Shown here: positions 29,129-39,572 of the stretch, piece by piece
How the letters are laid out: each line of letters starts with the position of its first letter
Numbering within the stretch: position 1 is the first letter of the stretch
Assembly: GCA_963740315.1 (NCBI GenBank)
Contig: CAVUDP010000001.1
Location: forward strand, 1,344,001 to 1,408,000
DNA: 64,000 nt
Direction: 5' to 3'
DNA from: an uncultured cyanobacterium
GTDB taxonomy: Bacteria > Cyanobacteriota > Cyanobacteriia > Cyanobacteriales > Nostocaceae
Program-made: the position numbers and the translations under genes
The notes under the pieces: generated by a model
Database searches by the model: none
Told to the model about the DNA's origin: nothing
What the model saw: the letters and a program-made list of their open reading frames with translations, nothing else

Positions 29129-31303
29129 ATGGTAAATACCTCAGCAACTTTCCCAGATGTTAAAAACCATTGGGCGCGTCCATTTATTGAAGCTTTGGCA
29201 AAACGAAGGATTTTAAATGGTTATCCTGATGGTAGTTTTCGTCCGGATCACTCAGTAACAAGGGCTGAGTTCGCTGCTATTATTACTTCAACTTTTGATA
29301 CAATTCCTTATAGACGAGAATACATACCTTTTGTTGATGTTCCTGCAAGTCATTGGGCATTCTCTGCAATTAAAAAGTCTTACGAAACAGTTTTTATTAG
29401 CGGATTTCCCAATCGTTTGTTTCGCCCTTCCAATCGCATCACGAGGGCAAATGCTTTAGTTTCAATTGTTAGTGGTTTAGGTTTTACAAGTAGTGTCGAT
29501 CGCGATTTATTAGGTGTTTTACCGCAAATTTATCGGGATTACGATCGCATACCAGATTACGCCAAAATTGCGATCGCTATCTCTACTAAGGCGGGTTTGG
29601 TTGCAAGTTATCCAGATATTAAATTACTTAATCCCACTTTAGCTGCAACTCGTGCTGATATTTCTGTATTTGTTTATCAAACTTTAGTTTATTTACAAGA
29701 AGCTGAAAAAATTGATTCAAAGTATTTAGTTCAACCATCCTTTACTAGAGTTAAAGAATACGACATCATCTGTTTTGGTGATGAAGTTCCCGGCGTTTTG
29801 AGTTTAGTGTGTGCTTCGCGGGAATATTATCGTCGCACGGGTAAATATCCCCGTAGTCTATTATTATTTAAGGGAAATTCTCAGTTAGGAATTGGCGGTC
29901 ATTTAGTTCGGGGTGGTTTATCCTATCTTGACCGTTCGGCTGTTCCAATTTCAATCCGTCGGCAGTACGATCTAGATACTTTCGGAGATTCACCTGCTAT
30001 TTATCAAGAATTTTTGCAACGTTCTGGAGTTTACCAAATAGCTTTAAACCCTCAAGACGCTAATATAACTCTACGTCAAATGTTGCAGGAAGTAAAAGCC
30101 GATATTCTTAGCAATGCAGAAATAGAGTCAGTAATTAAAGATGAAAAAAAAATAGCTGCTATTCAATTAACCAGAGGTGAAATCTACAGGGCAAAGCAGT
30201 TTATTGATTGTACTGTAAATGCAGAGTTAGCTCAATTTGCTGGAGTTAGAAAATTAAAAGGCTTTGAAACATTTGGTTTACCCGATTCAGAATTATCAGT
30301 AACTTTAACGTTTCAAACTAAAGGATTAAACGTAGAAAAGCTCAAGGATATTGAAAGTCAGTACCTCCAACGTTTGACTAACCTTGCAGACACTCAAGCC
30401 CAAACTTGGATAAATATTGCTACTGGTAATAATTTAGAATTTGCAGATTATCTCAGAAAAAGTTTAATTGATGAAAATGGAAGTTTGAAAACGATGTACG
30501 CAGGCAAAGACTACATTGATGTTCGTTCCAAAGCTTTATCGATCGCTTATCATTATTTTCGAGGCACTCCCTTATCTTTGCAAGTCAGCGGAAGTATTCT
30601 TGATAATGGCAATATTGCGATTTTAAATAATAATACACTGTCATGGAATGCTTTACTATTTGATGTGAATGCAACACAAGCGGAAACTTTAGCGAGGAAA
30701 AAAGCGTTACCGACATCCGCAATGCATCAAGAAATGGAAATTGTCGCTAAATGGTTCAAAAGTATTGGTGCTACCGAAGTCATACCAGCTTCCGAATTAT
30801 ATATCCGTCATGCTGGCAATATTACCGGAGCGGTAGAACCGTTTAAAGGAGCAACAATGCTTGCTGGAGGAGTTCCAGAAAATGAAGCTTTGGGTACTTT
30901 TGGCTACCATTTTGATATTCGTGGGGGTATCAAAGGTTTAGGTAATAGAGCGCTACAAAAAGGATTGGAGATATTTAGTTTGCATTTACCACCATTATTT
31001 AATTTTGGTATTCAACACGCATTAATTAAAGATACTCCCAATCTTGCTGTTATCAGCCCCGCTTCTGGGTTTGAAGGTTATGCTAGCTCTGCGGGTAGAA
31101 TTGTAGAATTTAATTGCGGTGTCGGGCAGGGGGTGGGAATTGGAATTGCGATCGCATTATCTGAAAATCGTAATTTGGCAGAAATTTCTAATTTAGAGGT
31201 GCGAGAAGTTTTGGTAGATACGCAGCGTTTACCGAAGATATATGGAGTTAGTTATATTGAGCAAGCGCGGGAGTTAGATGTATTTGAGAATTTGATTGCT
31301 TGA
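29129..31303 (+). CDS. SLH-domain protein fused to FAD-dependent oxidoreductase
   Basis: Three SLH repeats (FPDV..HWA..GYPDGSFRP..TRAEFA); YDIICFGDEVPG, GGHLVRGGL, FIDCT, ELYIRH. Confidence 0.8.
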   Translation: MVNTSATFPDVKNHWARPFIEALAKRRILNGYPDGSFRPDHSVTRAEFAAIITSTFDTIPYRREYIPFVDVPASHWAFSAIKKSYETVFISGFPNRLFRPSNRITRANALVSIVSGLGFTSSVDRDLLGVLPQIYRDYDRIPDYAKIAIAISTKAGLVASYPDIKLLNPTLAATRADISVFVYQTLVYLQEAEKIDSKYLVQPSFTRVKEYDIICFGDEVPGVLSLVCASREYYRRTGKYPRSLLLFKGNSQLGIGGHLVRGGLSYLDRSAVPISIRRQYDLDTFGDSPAIYQEFLQRSGVYQIALNPQDANITLRQMLQEVKADILSNAEIESVIKDEKKIAAIQLTRGEIYRAKQFIDCTVNAELAQFAGVRKLKGFETFGLPDSELSVTLTFQTKGLNVEKLKDIESQYLQRLTNLADTQAQTWINIATGNNLEFADYLRKSLIDENGSLKTMYAGKDYIDVRSKALSIAYHYFRGTPLSLQVSGSILDNGNIAILNNNTLSWNALLFDVNATQAETLARKKALPTSAMHQEMEIVAKWFKSIGATEVIPASELYIRHAGNITGAVEPFKGATMLAGGVPENEALGTFGYHFDIRGGIKGLGNRALQKGLEIFSLHLPPLFNFGIQHALIKDTPNLAVISPASGFEGYASSAGRIVEFNCGVGQGVGIGIAIALSENRNLAEISNLEVREVLVDTQRLPKIYGVSYIEQARELDVFENLIA

Positions 31304-31655
31304 TCGATCTTTTGTGCTGGTTATTAGGCAAATTCTAAGGTTCATTAATTCTAATCAAACTTTTTGACTAGTTCCGCATCCGCTTAGGAATTAATTCCCA
31401 AGCTCATAGCCAAAGTCGTCTAAAGGCGACTGAATCAGATATTTAATGATACATATTAACTGAAGTTTAGACTAAAGTATACAACCGCCAAAGATTTCTG
31501 ATGCTATAGAAAGGGCGTTGCTGAATCACAACATGATTCACCTGCCTAATTTATATCTAACGTATCTATGAAGGTTAAGTAGCACTACCAAATGTAATTA
31601 GTAATATTTCAAAGTTTAAGAACGATAAATTGCTGAAATCAATTAGGATTTTTAC

Positions 31656-32867
31656 ATGATTCTCAATCTAGCTGCCGAAAAGCAAGTACTTATGGAGCGC
31701 ATTAGAGAATTGGCAAGCCAGAAGTTTGCCTCTCGCGCTGCTGGGTATGACCGCACTGCGAGCTTTCCTGGGGAAGATTTTGCAGACCTCTTCAAAGCAG
31801 GACTAATTGCCCCTTGTGTACCCGCTGAGTACGGCGGTTTAGGGCTGGGACATGACAGCGATATTTTTACCCTTTGGATGATGACCAAAGAACTGGCGAA
31901 GGTAAATTTATCGCTGGCTCGTTGCTGGGAAGGACACACAAATTGTCAGGTTTTACTAGCAGGGATGGCCTCGGAGTCCCAGAAAAAGCGCTGGTTTGAG
32001 GGTATTGTCCGACGCGGTGAAAAATGGGCGGGTTGGAGCGGAGAACCCCAGTCTAAGATTCCCGGTCAAAAAGTCGGCTTTGGTACGACGGTTCGAGTGG
32101 CAGATGGGGGCTATATTATTGATGGCACGAAGGTATTTGCTACAAGTGCTAACGAAGCGCAATGGGCAATTCTGTTTGTCAACCCATTAGGAACTGGGGG
32201 AGCGCGTCACAGTAATGGATCGGCAAAATCGGTACTCATGCTAGGCTGCGATCTGTCAGATCCCAGCATCAGCTTTGACGATAGTTGGTGGGAACCCATA
32301 GGGATGAAAGGTAGTATTAGTTACCTAGTGCGTTTTGAGGGAACTTTTATTCCGGAAGAAAACTTAATTGGCTATCCAGGTCAGTATCTGTTTGAGGAGT
32401 GGCAGACGCGGTTTACTCCCCAGTATGGTGCTGCTTTTTTAGGGGCTGCGGAGGGAGCTTATGATTATGCTTTGGCATATGTCAAGAAACAGGTTAAAGA
32501 AGGCGATCCCCACGTACAGCACCGAATAGCTGAAAGCGCCATGAATTTAGAAACCATGCAATTATGGTTGCGTCATACGGCAACTCTTTGGGAAACAGGT
32601 CAACATTTAGAGGCGAAAGGGGCAGGTAATCGCACCCGTTACCTAACCGAAAACTTGGCAATGGAAACATTAAACCACTGCATTAAAACTTGTGGAGCGC
32701 GTTCAATGATTCAACCTAGTTCTTTAGAGCGCATTTACCGGGATTTGTCTTTCTACGTTCTCCATGACAATTGCGATCGCGTTCTGTCTTCCATCGGTGA
32801 AGAGATTTTGGGACAGTCTTTTGACCGCTCTTTCTTCAACTCCCCAGCACATCAAAAAAAGACCTAA
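31656..32867 (+). CDS. Acyl-CoA dehydrogenase superfamily flavoprotein
   Basis: FP.EDF..L.KAGL, VPAEYGGLG, IDGTKVFAT, W.PIGMKGS, LERIYRD. Confidence 0.85.
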   Translation: MILNLAAEKQVLMERIRELASQKFASRAAGYDRTASFPGEDFADLFKAGLIAPCVPAEYGGLGLGHDSDIFTLWMMTKELAKVNLSLARCWEGHTNCQVLLAGMASESQKKRWFEGIVRRGEKWAGWSGEPQSKIPGQKVGFGTTVRVADGGYIIDGTKVFATSANEAQWAILFVNPLGTGGARHSNGSAKSVLMLGCDLSDPSISFDDSWWEPIGMKGSISYLVRFEGTFIPEENLIGYPGQYLFEEWQTRFTPQYGAAFLGAAEGAYDYALAYVKKQVKEGDPHVQHRIAESAMNLETMQLWLRHTATLWETGQHLEAKGAGNRTRYLTENLAMETLNHCIKTCGARSMIQPSSLERIYRDLSFYVLHDNCDRVLSSIGEEILGQSFDRSFFNSPAHQKKT

Positions 32868-32881
32868 GTGAATTCAAGCAA

Positions 32882-33565
32882 ATGAATCAAGAGACTTTAG
32901 TATACAAAGATAATTATTATTCAAAACCTAGAGAGGAGGGTGTTAATATTTACGATATTTGGGAGGAAGGAAAAGCCTACCAGGATTCCATCACTCCTAG
33001 TATCTACTATTCTCAATACCGTTCGTTTATTACCAATAAAATTAAATCTATTATTGACCAGGACTGTACCGGACGCATTTTAAGTATAGGCAGCGGCAAC
33101 GCTTTTGTGGAAAGGGATTTACACTCCGATGGCTATTCTATCTTAGCTAGCGACCCCAATCCTGATGCGATGACATTGGCGCAAAAGAAAGGAGTGCCAT
33201 TTGTATTGGCGGATGTTAATCAGTGGGAACCGCAAGAGAAAAACTTTGCTTTAATTTATTGCGATGGGGTAATGGGGCATTTATATCAGCCAGAATCAGG
33301 ATTCCAGACGCTTTTGAGTCGTTTGCGGCAATGGTTGCTTCCTAATTATGGAAAAATTTTGATTTCCAACGATGCAGCAGTCATTGATACTCCAGTACAT
33401 CCGCACCCTAATGTCAAAGAGTTTTACTGGTTTTCCCCAGAGTATTTGTGTTCTGAGTTATCAAAAGCTGGTTTTGATGAAGTAAAATCGGAAATCTTTG
33501 TCTATCCTCGTCCCCTTACTGGTAATAAAGAAAGGGTAATTGTACAAGCAAAAGCATGGATTTAG
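32882..33565 (+). CDS. Class I SAM-dependent methyltransferase
   Basis: ILSIGSGNA motif I, ASD motif II, DV, LIYCDGVMGHL. Confidence 0.8.
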   Translation: MNQETLVYKDNYYSKPREEGVNIYDIWEEGKAYQDSITPSIYYSQYRSFITNKIKSIIDQDCTGRILSIGSGNAFVERDLHSDGYSILASDPNPDAMTLAQKKGVPFVLADVNQWEPQEKNFALIYCDGVMGHLYQPESGFQTLLSRLRQWLLPNYGKILISNDAAVIDTPVHPHPNVKEFYWFSPEYLCSELSKAGFDEVKSEIFVYPRPLTGNKERVIVQAKAWI

Positions 33566-34341
33566 GACTAACTGGCAAAATTGCTTTAGTTACTGCTTCT
33601 AGTAGGGGTATTGGTAAAGCCATAGCACAAGGGTTGGCAATGGAAGGTTGTCAGGTGATTATTTGCAGTAGAGATAAAGATAATTTACTCAAAACTGCCC
33701 AGGAAATAGAAGCTAAAACTGGACAATTAATTGCACCAATGCAAGTGGATCTTTGCCAAAAAGATAGCCTACAGCAATTTATAGAACGCATTACCAATCA
33801 ATTTTCCACCATTGATATTTTAGTCAATAACGTGGGTGGTATGCCTTACAAGCGCCACTATGAACTAAACCAAGAGGATTGGCAGCAATCATTCAATCTG
33901 ACATTTATGAGTCAGGTGAATATAGCTGAAGCTTTAATTCCTCAGATGAAGAAACAATCTTGGGGTAGGATTATTTTTGTGACTTCAGTAGCAGCAAAAC
34001 AACCCGGAATGCTGATTGCCCATTCTCAAAGAGCAAGTGTTGTTGCCTATGCTAAAACTCTTGCCAATGAATTGGGTGAATATAACATTCTTGTTAATAG
34101 TATCTGCCCTTCTTTTGCTATTACGGATAAATTTTATGAAGTTGCAGATGAAGTGGCTAGGAGACAGGAAAATACTCGCGAACAAGTTATTCAACAATGG
34201 ATGAAAAGTGTTCCTCTGCATCGCCCAGCTTCCGCTGAGGAAGTAGCGAATTTAGCAGTATTTTTGGCTTCAGAAAAAGCAAGTTATATCACTGGAACTT
34301 GTATTCAAGTTGATGGGGGGTTTGTGAAAAGTTTGTTTTAG
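33556..34341 (+). CDS. SDR family oxidoreductase
   Basis: TASSRGIG, DILVNNVG, WGRII..TS, ASYITG..IQVDGG; overlaps upstream gene by 10 nt. Confidence 0.9.
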   Translation: MDLGLTGKIALVTASSRGIGKAIAQGLAMEGCQVIICSRDKDNLLKTAQEIEAKTGQLIAPMQVDLCQKDSLQQFIERITNQFSTIDILVNNVGGMPYKRHYELNQEDWQQSFNLTFMSQVNIAEALIPQMKKQSWGRIIFVTSVAAKQPGMLIAHSQRASVVAYAKTLANELGEYNILVNSICPSFAITDKFYEVADEVARRQENTREQVIQQWMKSVPLHRPASAEEVANLAVFLASEKASYITGTCIQVDGGFVKSLF

Positions 34342-34501
34342 TTAGTCTAAACAATATTATTAATGATGTTTAGACGTAGCAGTGCGGAGTCTCCCTGGAT
34401 TTTCGTTTGAATCCAGAGCGATAAATCGCTTACTACGAACCTATGAAAAATTACATAGCAAAAAACACCCCCCGATCGCTCGGAAGGCGTTTTCTATTTA
34501 T

Positions 34502-34528
34502 TGTAGAGACGTAATACATTACGTCTCC
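34502..34528. repeat. Palindromic short dispersed repeat (related copy about 44338-44362)
   Basis: GTAGAGACGTAAT-AC-ATTACGTCTC and AGACGTAGC-AGT-GCTACGTCTCTAC. Confidence 0.65.
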
Positions 34529-34541
34529 AATTATTTAATTT

Positions 34542-35624
34542 TTAACCGTTGATTGCGGGAGCGCTGACTGCAACAGGTGCAGATTCTAGAGCAGCTAAAT
34601 CAAGTGGGAAGTTGTGAGCGTTGCGCTCGTGCATTACTTCCATACCCAAGTTAGCGCGGTTCAATACATCAGCCCAAGTGTTGATTACTCTTCCACTTGA
34701 ATCAATTACAGACTGGTTGAAGTTGAAACCGTTCAAGTTGAACGCCATTGTGCTGATTCCCAAAGCGGTAAACCAGATTCCTACAACGGGCCATGCTGCT
34801 AAGAAGAAGTGCAAGCTACGGCTGTTATTGAAAGAAGCGTATTGGAAAATCAAACGACCAAAGTAACCGTGTGCAGCTACGATGTTGTAGGTTTCTTCTT
34901 CTTGACCGAATTTGTAACCGTAGTTCTGTGATTCGGTTTCGGTTGTTTCACGTACCAAGGAGGAAGTTACCAAAGAACCGTGCATAGCACTGAACAAGGA
35001 ACCACCAAATACTGCTGCAACACCTAACTGGTGGAAGGGGTGCATCAAAATGTTGTGTTCAGCTTGGAACACGAACATGAAGTTAAAGGTACCGGAGATA
35101 CCTAAAGGCATACCGTCAGAGAAAGAACCTTGTCCAATAGGGTAGATCAAGAATACTGCGGTTGCTGCTGCTACAGGAGCGGAGAAAGCAACACAGATCC
35201 AAGGACGCATACCTAAGCGGTAGGATAATTCCCACTCACGACCTAAGTAGCAAAATACTCCAATCAAGAAGTGGAATACTACCAACTGGTAAGGACCACC
35301 GTTGTACAACCACTCATCTAAGGAAGCAGCTTCCCAGATTGGGTAGAAGTGCAAACCAATAGCGTTGGAAGAAGGTACAACAGCACCGGAGATGATGTTG
35401 TTTCCGTAGATCAACGAACCTGCAACAGGCTCGCGGATACCATCGATGTCAACAGGCGGAGCTGCAACAAAAGCGATGATGAAACAGGTGGTAGCAGCTA
35501 AGAGGGTAGGAATCATCAACATTCCAAACCAACCGATGTATAAACGGTTGTTTGTGCTGGTGATCCACCCACAAAACTGCTCCCAAGCAGATGCGCTCTC
35601 GCGTCTTTGTAATGTGGTTGTCAT
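34542..35624 (-). CDS. psbA: Photosystem II D1 protein (Glu130, D1:2-type)
   Basis: 360 aa canonical D1; GREWELS gives E130; Mn-cluster ligands D170, E189, H332, E333, D342, A344 present. Confidence 0.99.
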   Translation of the reverse strand: MTTTLQRRESASAWEQFCGWITSTNNRLYIGWFGMLMIPTLLAATTCFIIAFVAAPPVDIDGIREPVAGSLIYGNNIISGAVVPSSNAIGLHFYPIWEAASLDEWLYNGGPYQLVVFHFLIGVFCYLGREWELSYRLGMRPWICVAFSAPVAAATAVFLIYPIGQGSFSDGMPLGISGTFNFMFVFQAEHNILMHPFHQLGVAAVFGGSLFSAMHGSLVTSSLVRETTETESQNYGYKFGQEEETYNIVAAHGYFGRLIFQYASFNNSRSLHFFLAAWPVVGIWFTALGISTMAFNLNGFNFNQSVIDSSGRVINTWADVLNRANLGMEVMHERNAHNFPLDLAALESAPVAVSAPAING

Positions 35625-35680
35625 GGTTCAGATAATTGCTTTTTATGATTTGGTAAGCTCTTTTGCTCACCTATATTTAT

Positions 35681-35709
35681 ACATTAGAGCATTGTTTACG
35701 TTTTGTAAA
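35681..35709 (-). promoter_or_regulatory. psbA sigma70-type promoter with overlapping HLR1-like repeat
   Basis: Minus strand TTTACA-N17-TAATGT; TTTACAAA-AC-GTAAACAA resembles an RpaB site. Confidence 0.6.
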
Positions 35710-35769
35710 GAGATTTTAATTAAGTTTATTTTATACAAAATATATGTTTCTGTTATCAGCGAACAAATC

Positions 35770-35917
35770 AGTGAGCTGTGAGCAGTTAACAGTGAGCAGT
35801 GAGCTGTGAGCTGTGAGCAGTGAGCTGTGAGCAGTGAGCTGTGAGCAGTGAGCTGTGAGCAGTGAGCTGTGATCTGTGAGCAGTGAGCTGTGAGCAGTTA
35901 ACAGTGAGCAGTTAACA
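35770..35917. repeat. STRR-type heptamer tandem array
   Basis: About 20 units of GTGAGC(A/T) and GTTAACA. Confidence 0.9.
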
Positions 35918-36017
35918 ATTGGGAATCGGGAATTGGTAGTGGGTCATTGGGGATTGGTAATTAAACAGCGATTTGGAGAAAGATAGCGGACATTGGAAAT
36001 GGTTTGTTTATTTAAAT

Positions 36018-36090
36018 CCTTGTCCCCTTGTCCCCTTGTCTCCCCATCTCCCCATCTCCCTATCTCCCCATCCCCTCATCCCTTCATCTC
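36018..36090. repeat. Octamer tandem repeats
   Basis: (TCCCCTTG)n and (TCTCCCCA)n. Confidence 0.8.
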
Positions 36091-36091
36091 C

Positions 36092-36442
<351 letters not shown>

Positions 36443-36449
36443 TTATTTA

Positions 36450-37412
36450 TTATGATTGCTCTTCGTCAACTGTTAATGATAGGACAGACGGTTCAACGGT
36501 TAATAAATAATCTACTGATGTTTCTACAGGTAGTAATTCCGAATCCTTAAAGTTTTTGTCCTGCGATCGCGCTAGCAAATCGGTTTCAGTAAGCATTCTC
36601 AGTTTTGACGCTAATCCTAAGAACTCAAGCATTTTAATGAAGCTATAGGTGGGATCTGGAAGATAAGCAACTCTTCCGGAACGAATGGTGATACCATGCC
36701 GACTGGATGACTGAAAAGCGTGGTGGAGATTATGCCAGCCTTCACCCAGGGTTAGAAATGCTACGAAGGCATTATTTCGACTGAATTCATCGGTAACAAA
36801 CGGGCGATCGCCAATGATATGGGAAAGTGAGTTGACGGTTTGTACTCCGTGGAATAACAGAGTTGTGCTGAGAAAAAATGCACCGAGATATTCGATACCA
36901 CCGATGAAATAGGAAAGCGCACCCAGAGCTAATACAGGTACGAAGTGCAAGCGATCGATTACTACTAAAACCCTGTCTTTCTCAACATCCCTCGGCAATT
37001 TAGCAGGAAAGAATTCGGGTGATAACAACCAACCCCCTTGCGACCAATAAAATGCTTTAATTCCTTCAAAACGGGTATTAGGAGAATGAGCATCGAGTTC
37101 TTTATCGGAATGTTGATGATGATTTACGTGGTGTGCTTTCCACCAACTTGGTCCCATTTGCCCTGCGGATGCCGTTACAATACATCCCAGCCATAGAAAT
37201 AAAGCGGGAGCCTGGTAACTTTTATGAGTGAGCAGTCTATGGTAGATGCCGGTTGTTCCCAGCATTCGGATTAGGTATAAAAATATAATCCATACGATAG
37301 CGCCCCACGATAAACCAGTCTTGAAAACTAGTAGCGAACCGAAATGACTAGAGATAATCAGTATCGGACCGATTATATAAGAAACAATTGTGAGTGGGGA
37401 ATACTGCCTCAT
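36450..37412 (-). CDS. Membrane fatty-acid desaturase, delta-9/acyl-CoA-like
   Basis: His boxes YHRLLTH, HVNHHQH, GEGWHNLHH; VNSLSH. Confidence 0.88.
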   Translation of the reverse strand: MRQYSPLTIVSYIIGPILIISSHFGSLLVFKTGLSWGAIVWIIFLYLIRMLGTTGIYHRLLTHKSYQAPALFLWLGCIVTASAGQMGPSWWKAHHVNHHQHSDKELDAHSPNTRFEGIKAFYWSQGGWLLSPEFFPAKLPRDVEKDRVLVVIDRLHFVPVLALGALSYFIGGIEYLGAFFLSTTLLFHGVQTVNSLSHIIGDRPFVTDEFSRNNAFVAFLTLGEGWHNLHHAFQSSSRHGITIRSGRVAYLPDPTYSFIKMLEFLGLASKLRMLTETDLLARSQDKNFKDSELLPVETSVDYLLTVEPSVLSLTVDEEQS

Positions 37413-37833
37413 TTTTTCTTCTACTATCCTGAAAGTGTTGATAAAGAAACCGTCTGGGTCTTGATTATGCGGAGAAATCCCGTAAAATCACCTTTAAATC
37501 ACCTTTCAAGAGAGTAATTGAGAAGACGTATTAATACAAGCTGGTATTGAAAAAAATCGAACTTGATTTGTAGTTGTAGGTTGGGTTAGACACGTTCAGC
37601 AAAGTTGATTTGTAACAAGAATATTTTAATCGTGTCGTAACCGAACATTGCGATCGCGGACATAGTATATTGCACCATTCGCAACAAGTCCTACAAAAAC
37701 CCGGTTTCTATTCGTGAAAGCATAATTATCTTGTTTTGTTACCAGCAAGAAACCGGGTTTCTAAATTCGATCAATTTTGTGTTTAAACCGATCTCTTAGC
37801 ATCGTGAAGATAACCTACGAACTACGGTATTAC

Positions 37834-38730
37834 TCACGTGCCACTTCGTTTGACAAGCTTTGGATAAACTATATCCAGAACTAATACGATTAATGCATGA
37901 ACTGGCAGAATAATCAGTAAAAATGCCAAAAACCATATCGCAGTTATCCCAGCTTCGACGATTGTAGAGCGTGGAGTTAACCAGTCAAAAGCTGAGTCCA
38001 AAAGGCTTGTGACCTCTTCCTTACCTTCCACGCATAACCAAGGACTGTGAGCAACTATTAAATGTTCGGCTCCCCAACTGCGAACGGTATTAAGAGAATT
38101 ACGTACAGATTTGCGGTTAAAGATGTAAACTAGCTGCATTCCGCGTGGAGTATGTTTATACATTTGGTTCAACCGAGTAGTCACGCGGGAAATGGAAGAA
38201 AAAACTGCTGCGTCAAAATCCATAATCATATCGGTGAAAACTACCGTGTTCGACTCGCGATGGAAAAAGACGATTTCATCCACAAATCCACTACCCGAAC
38301 CAAAAATGCATTGATCTATTTGCTTGCTCCATTCGGGTTCTGGCTCGTCTGTAGAAATTGTTTTGTAAAAGGTTAAATCTTTGCGCTTTGAATCTAGTCG
38401 CGGTGATGCATAAAGTCTCGCTTCTGGGTATGCTTGGCTCCAATCTCCCATATGCAAATGGTGGATGTTGTTCGGCGAAACGATATATTTTACATTCCCA
38501 AGGGCATCAATATCGGTGCGGATATCGTCAGTAAGACGGATTGGGGAAATAATGAAAAGGCTATTGTCTTTTAAGCGTATGACAACTGCGCGATGGGTAT
38601 AGGGATAGCGGGGTTGCATCGGAGGTCGGTAGCATATGCAGTCGGGAGCTTCAATTGTCCAGATGTTCGTGGCGACTTTTACTAAACCACTTTTATTTTC
38701 GTTGGGAATTGGGCGGAAACTTTGCACCAT
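37834..38730 (-). CDS. DUF4336-like metallo-beta-lactamase-fold protein
   Basis: VIRLKDNSLFIISPI, VKYIVSPNNIHHL, EIVFFH..S.T...TD, IVAH; AGGAG SD before ATG 38730. Confidence 0.8.
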   Translation of the reverse strand: MVQSFRPIPNENKSGLVKVATNIWTIEAPDCICYRPPMQPRYPYTHRAVVIRLKDNSLFIISPIRLTDDIRTDIDALGNVKYIVSPNNIHHLHMGDWSQAYPEARLYASPRLDSKRKDLTFYKTISTDEPEPEWSKQIDQCIFGSGSGFVDEIVFFHRESNTVVFTDMIMDFDAAVFSSISRVTTRLNQMYKHTPRGMQLVYIFNRKSVRNSLNTVRSWGAEHLIVAHSPWLCVEGKEEVTSLLDSAFDWLTPRSTIVEAGITAIWFLAFLLIILPVHALIVLVLDIVYPKLVKRSGT

Positions 38731-38893
38731 AGTTGGGTCTCCTAGTTTATATTCAGTTTTATAAATATTTATAATTGTAGACCTTAGCAATAATTTAATG
38801 TTGGGTTACGCCGCTTTGAATAATTTTTTGTTGAAACCTAATTTTTTAGTGCGCCATGAAGCTAATCTACGAACTACGTTAATAACAAGAGTT

Positions 38894-39091
38894 TCACAGC
38901 GATGCTGCAAAAGCGAGACAAGCTTTAATATCATAAGCGGTAAGTTCAGAAAAATCTTCTACAATTTCTGCTTCTGTCATACCACCTGCGAGATATTCTA
39001 AAATATCGTACACTGTGATTCGCATTCCTCGAATACATGGCTTGCCGCTGCGCTTAGCAGGTTCAATTGTGATTATTTTTTGGTAGTCCAT
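38894..39091 (-). CDS. DUF433 family antitoxin-like protein, short C-terminus
   Basis: KRSGKPCIRGMRITVYDILEYLAGGMT..EI..DF..LT..DIKACLAFAA. Confidence 0.85.
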   Translation of the reverse strand: MDYQKIITIEPAKRSGKPCIRGMRITVYDILEYLAGGMTEAEIVEDFSELTAYDIKACLAFAASL

Positions 39092-39572
39092 AAGTAAAGT
39101 TGATATAAATACTTGCTTACATTTTATGCTTGTACTTCACACAAATATTGAATTTGATTTTAATATCTTTGGGTTTTATGCTTCACGCCTTCAACACTTG
39201 TAGGTTGGGTTAAACACAAAAATCAAACTTGGCTTGTAACGAGGATTTTTTGATTGTGTCGTAACCCAACATCATAATCGCGAACAAGCAGTATTGTTCG
39301 ATTTTGAGATATTTTACATACCAATAATTTAATGTTGGGTTACGCCGCTTCGATCAATTTTTCGTTGAAACCTAATTTTTTAGTGCGTCTAACCCAACCT
39401 ACGAAATACAAAATGAAAAAAAACCTTACTAGGCGCAGAGTACGCAGAGGAAAGAAGCAAAGAGAGATTAGGAGCAAGAGTGAAATAGTCGCAAGCAAAA
39501 GAGCAACACACGAAATAATTTTTGGTTATAACTGATGAGTTAAATGTTTTTATACTAATCGGTTATATAAAT

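Larger units (their letters stand above)
37575..39404. repeat. Cluster of GTAG-type REP-like hairpins
   Basis: Left units 37575-37647 and 39199-39271; right units 38788-38878 and 39322-39404; additional inverted repeat 37695-37762. Confidence 0.8.

Noticed and set aside
34621..35781. ORFs antisense to or overlapping psbA
   Set aside because: Shadow frames of a highly codon-biased gene
35770..35917. Regular repeat array resembling CRISPR
   Set aside because: Units are contiguous 7-mers with no unique spacers and no cas genes; STRR-type repeat
38798..39535. Two similar short ORFs starting MLGYAA (38798 and 39332)
   Set aside because: Similarity comes from the duplicated REP-like hairpin, not from protein coding
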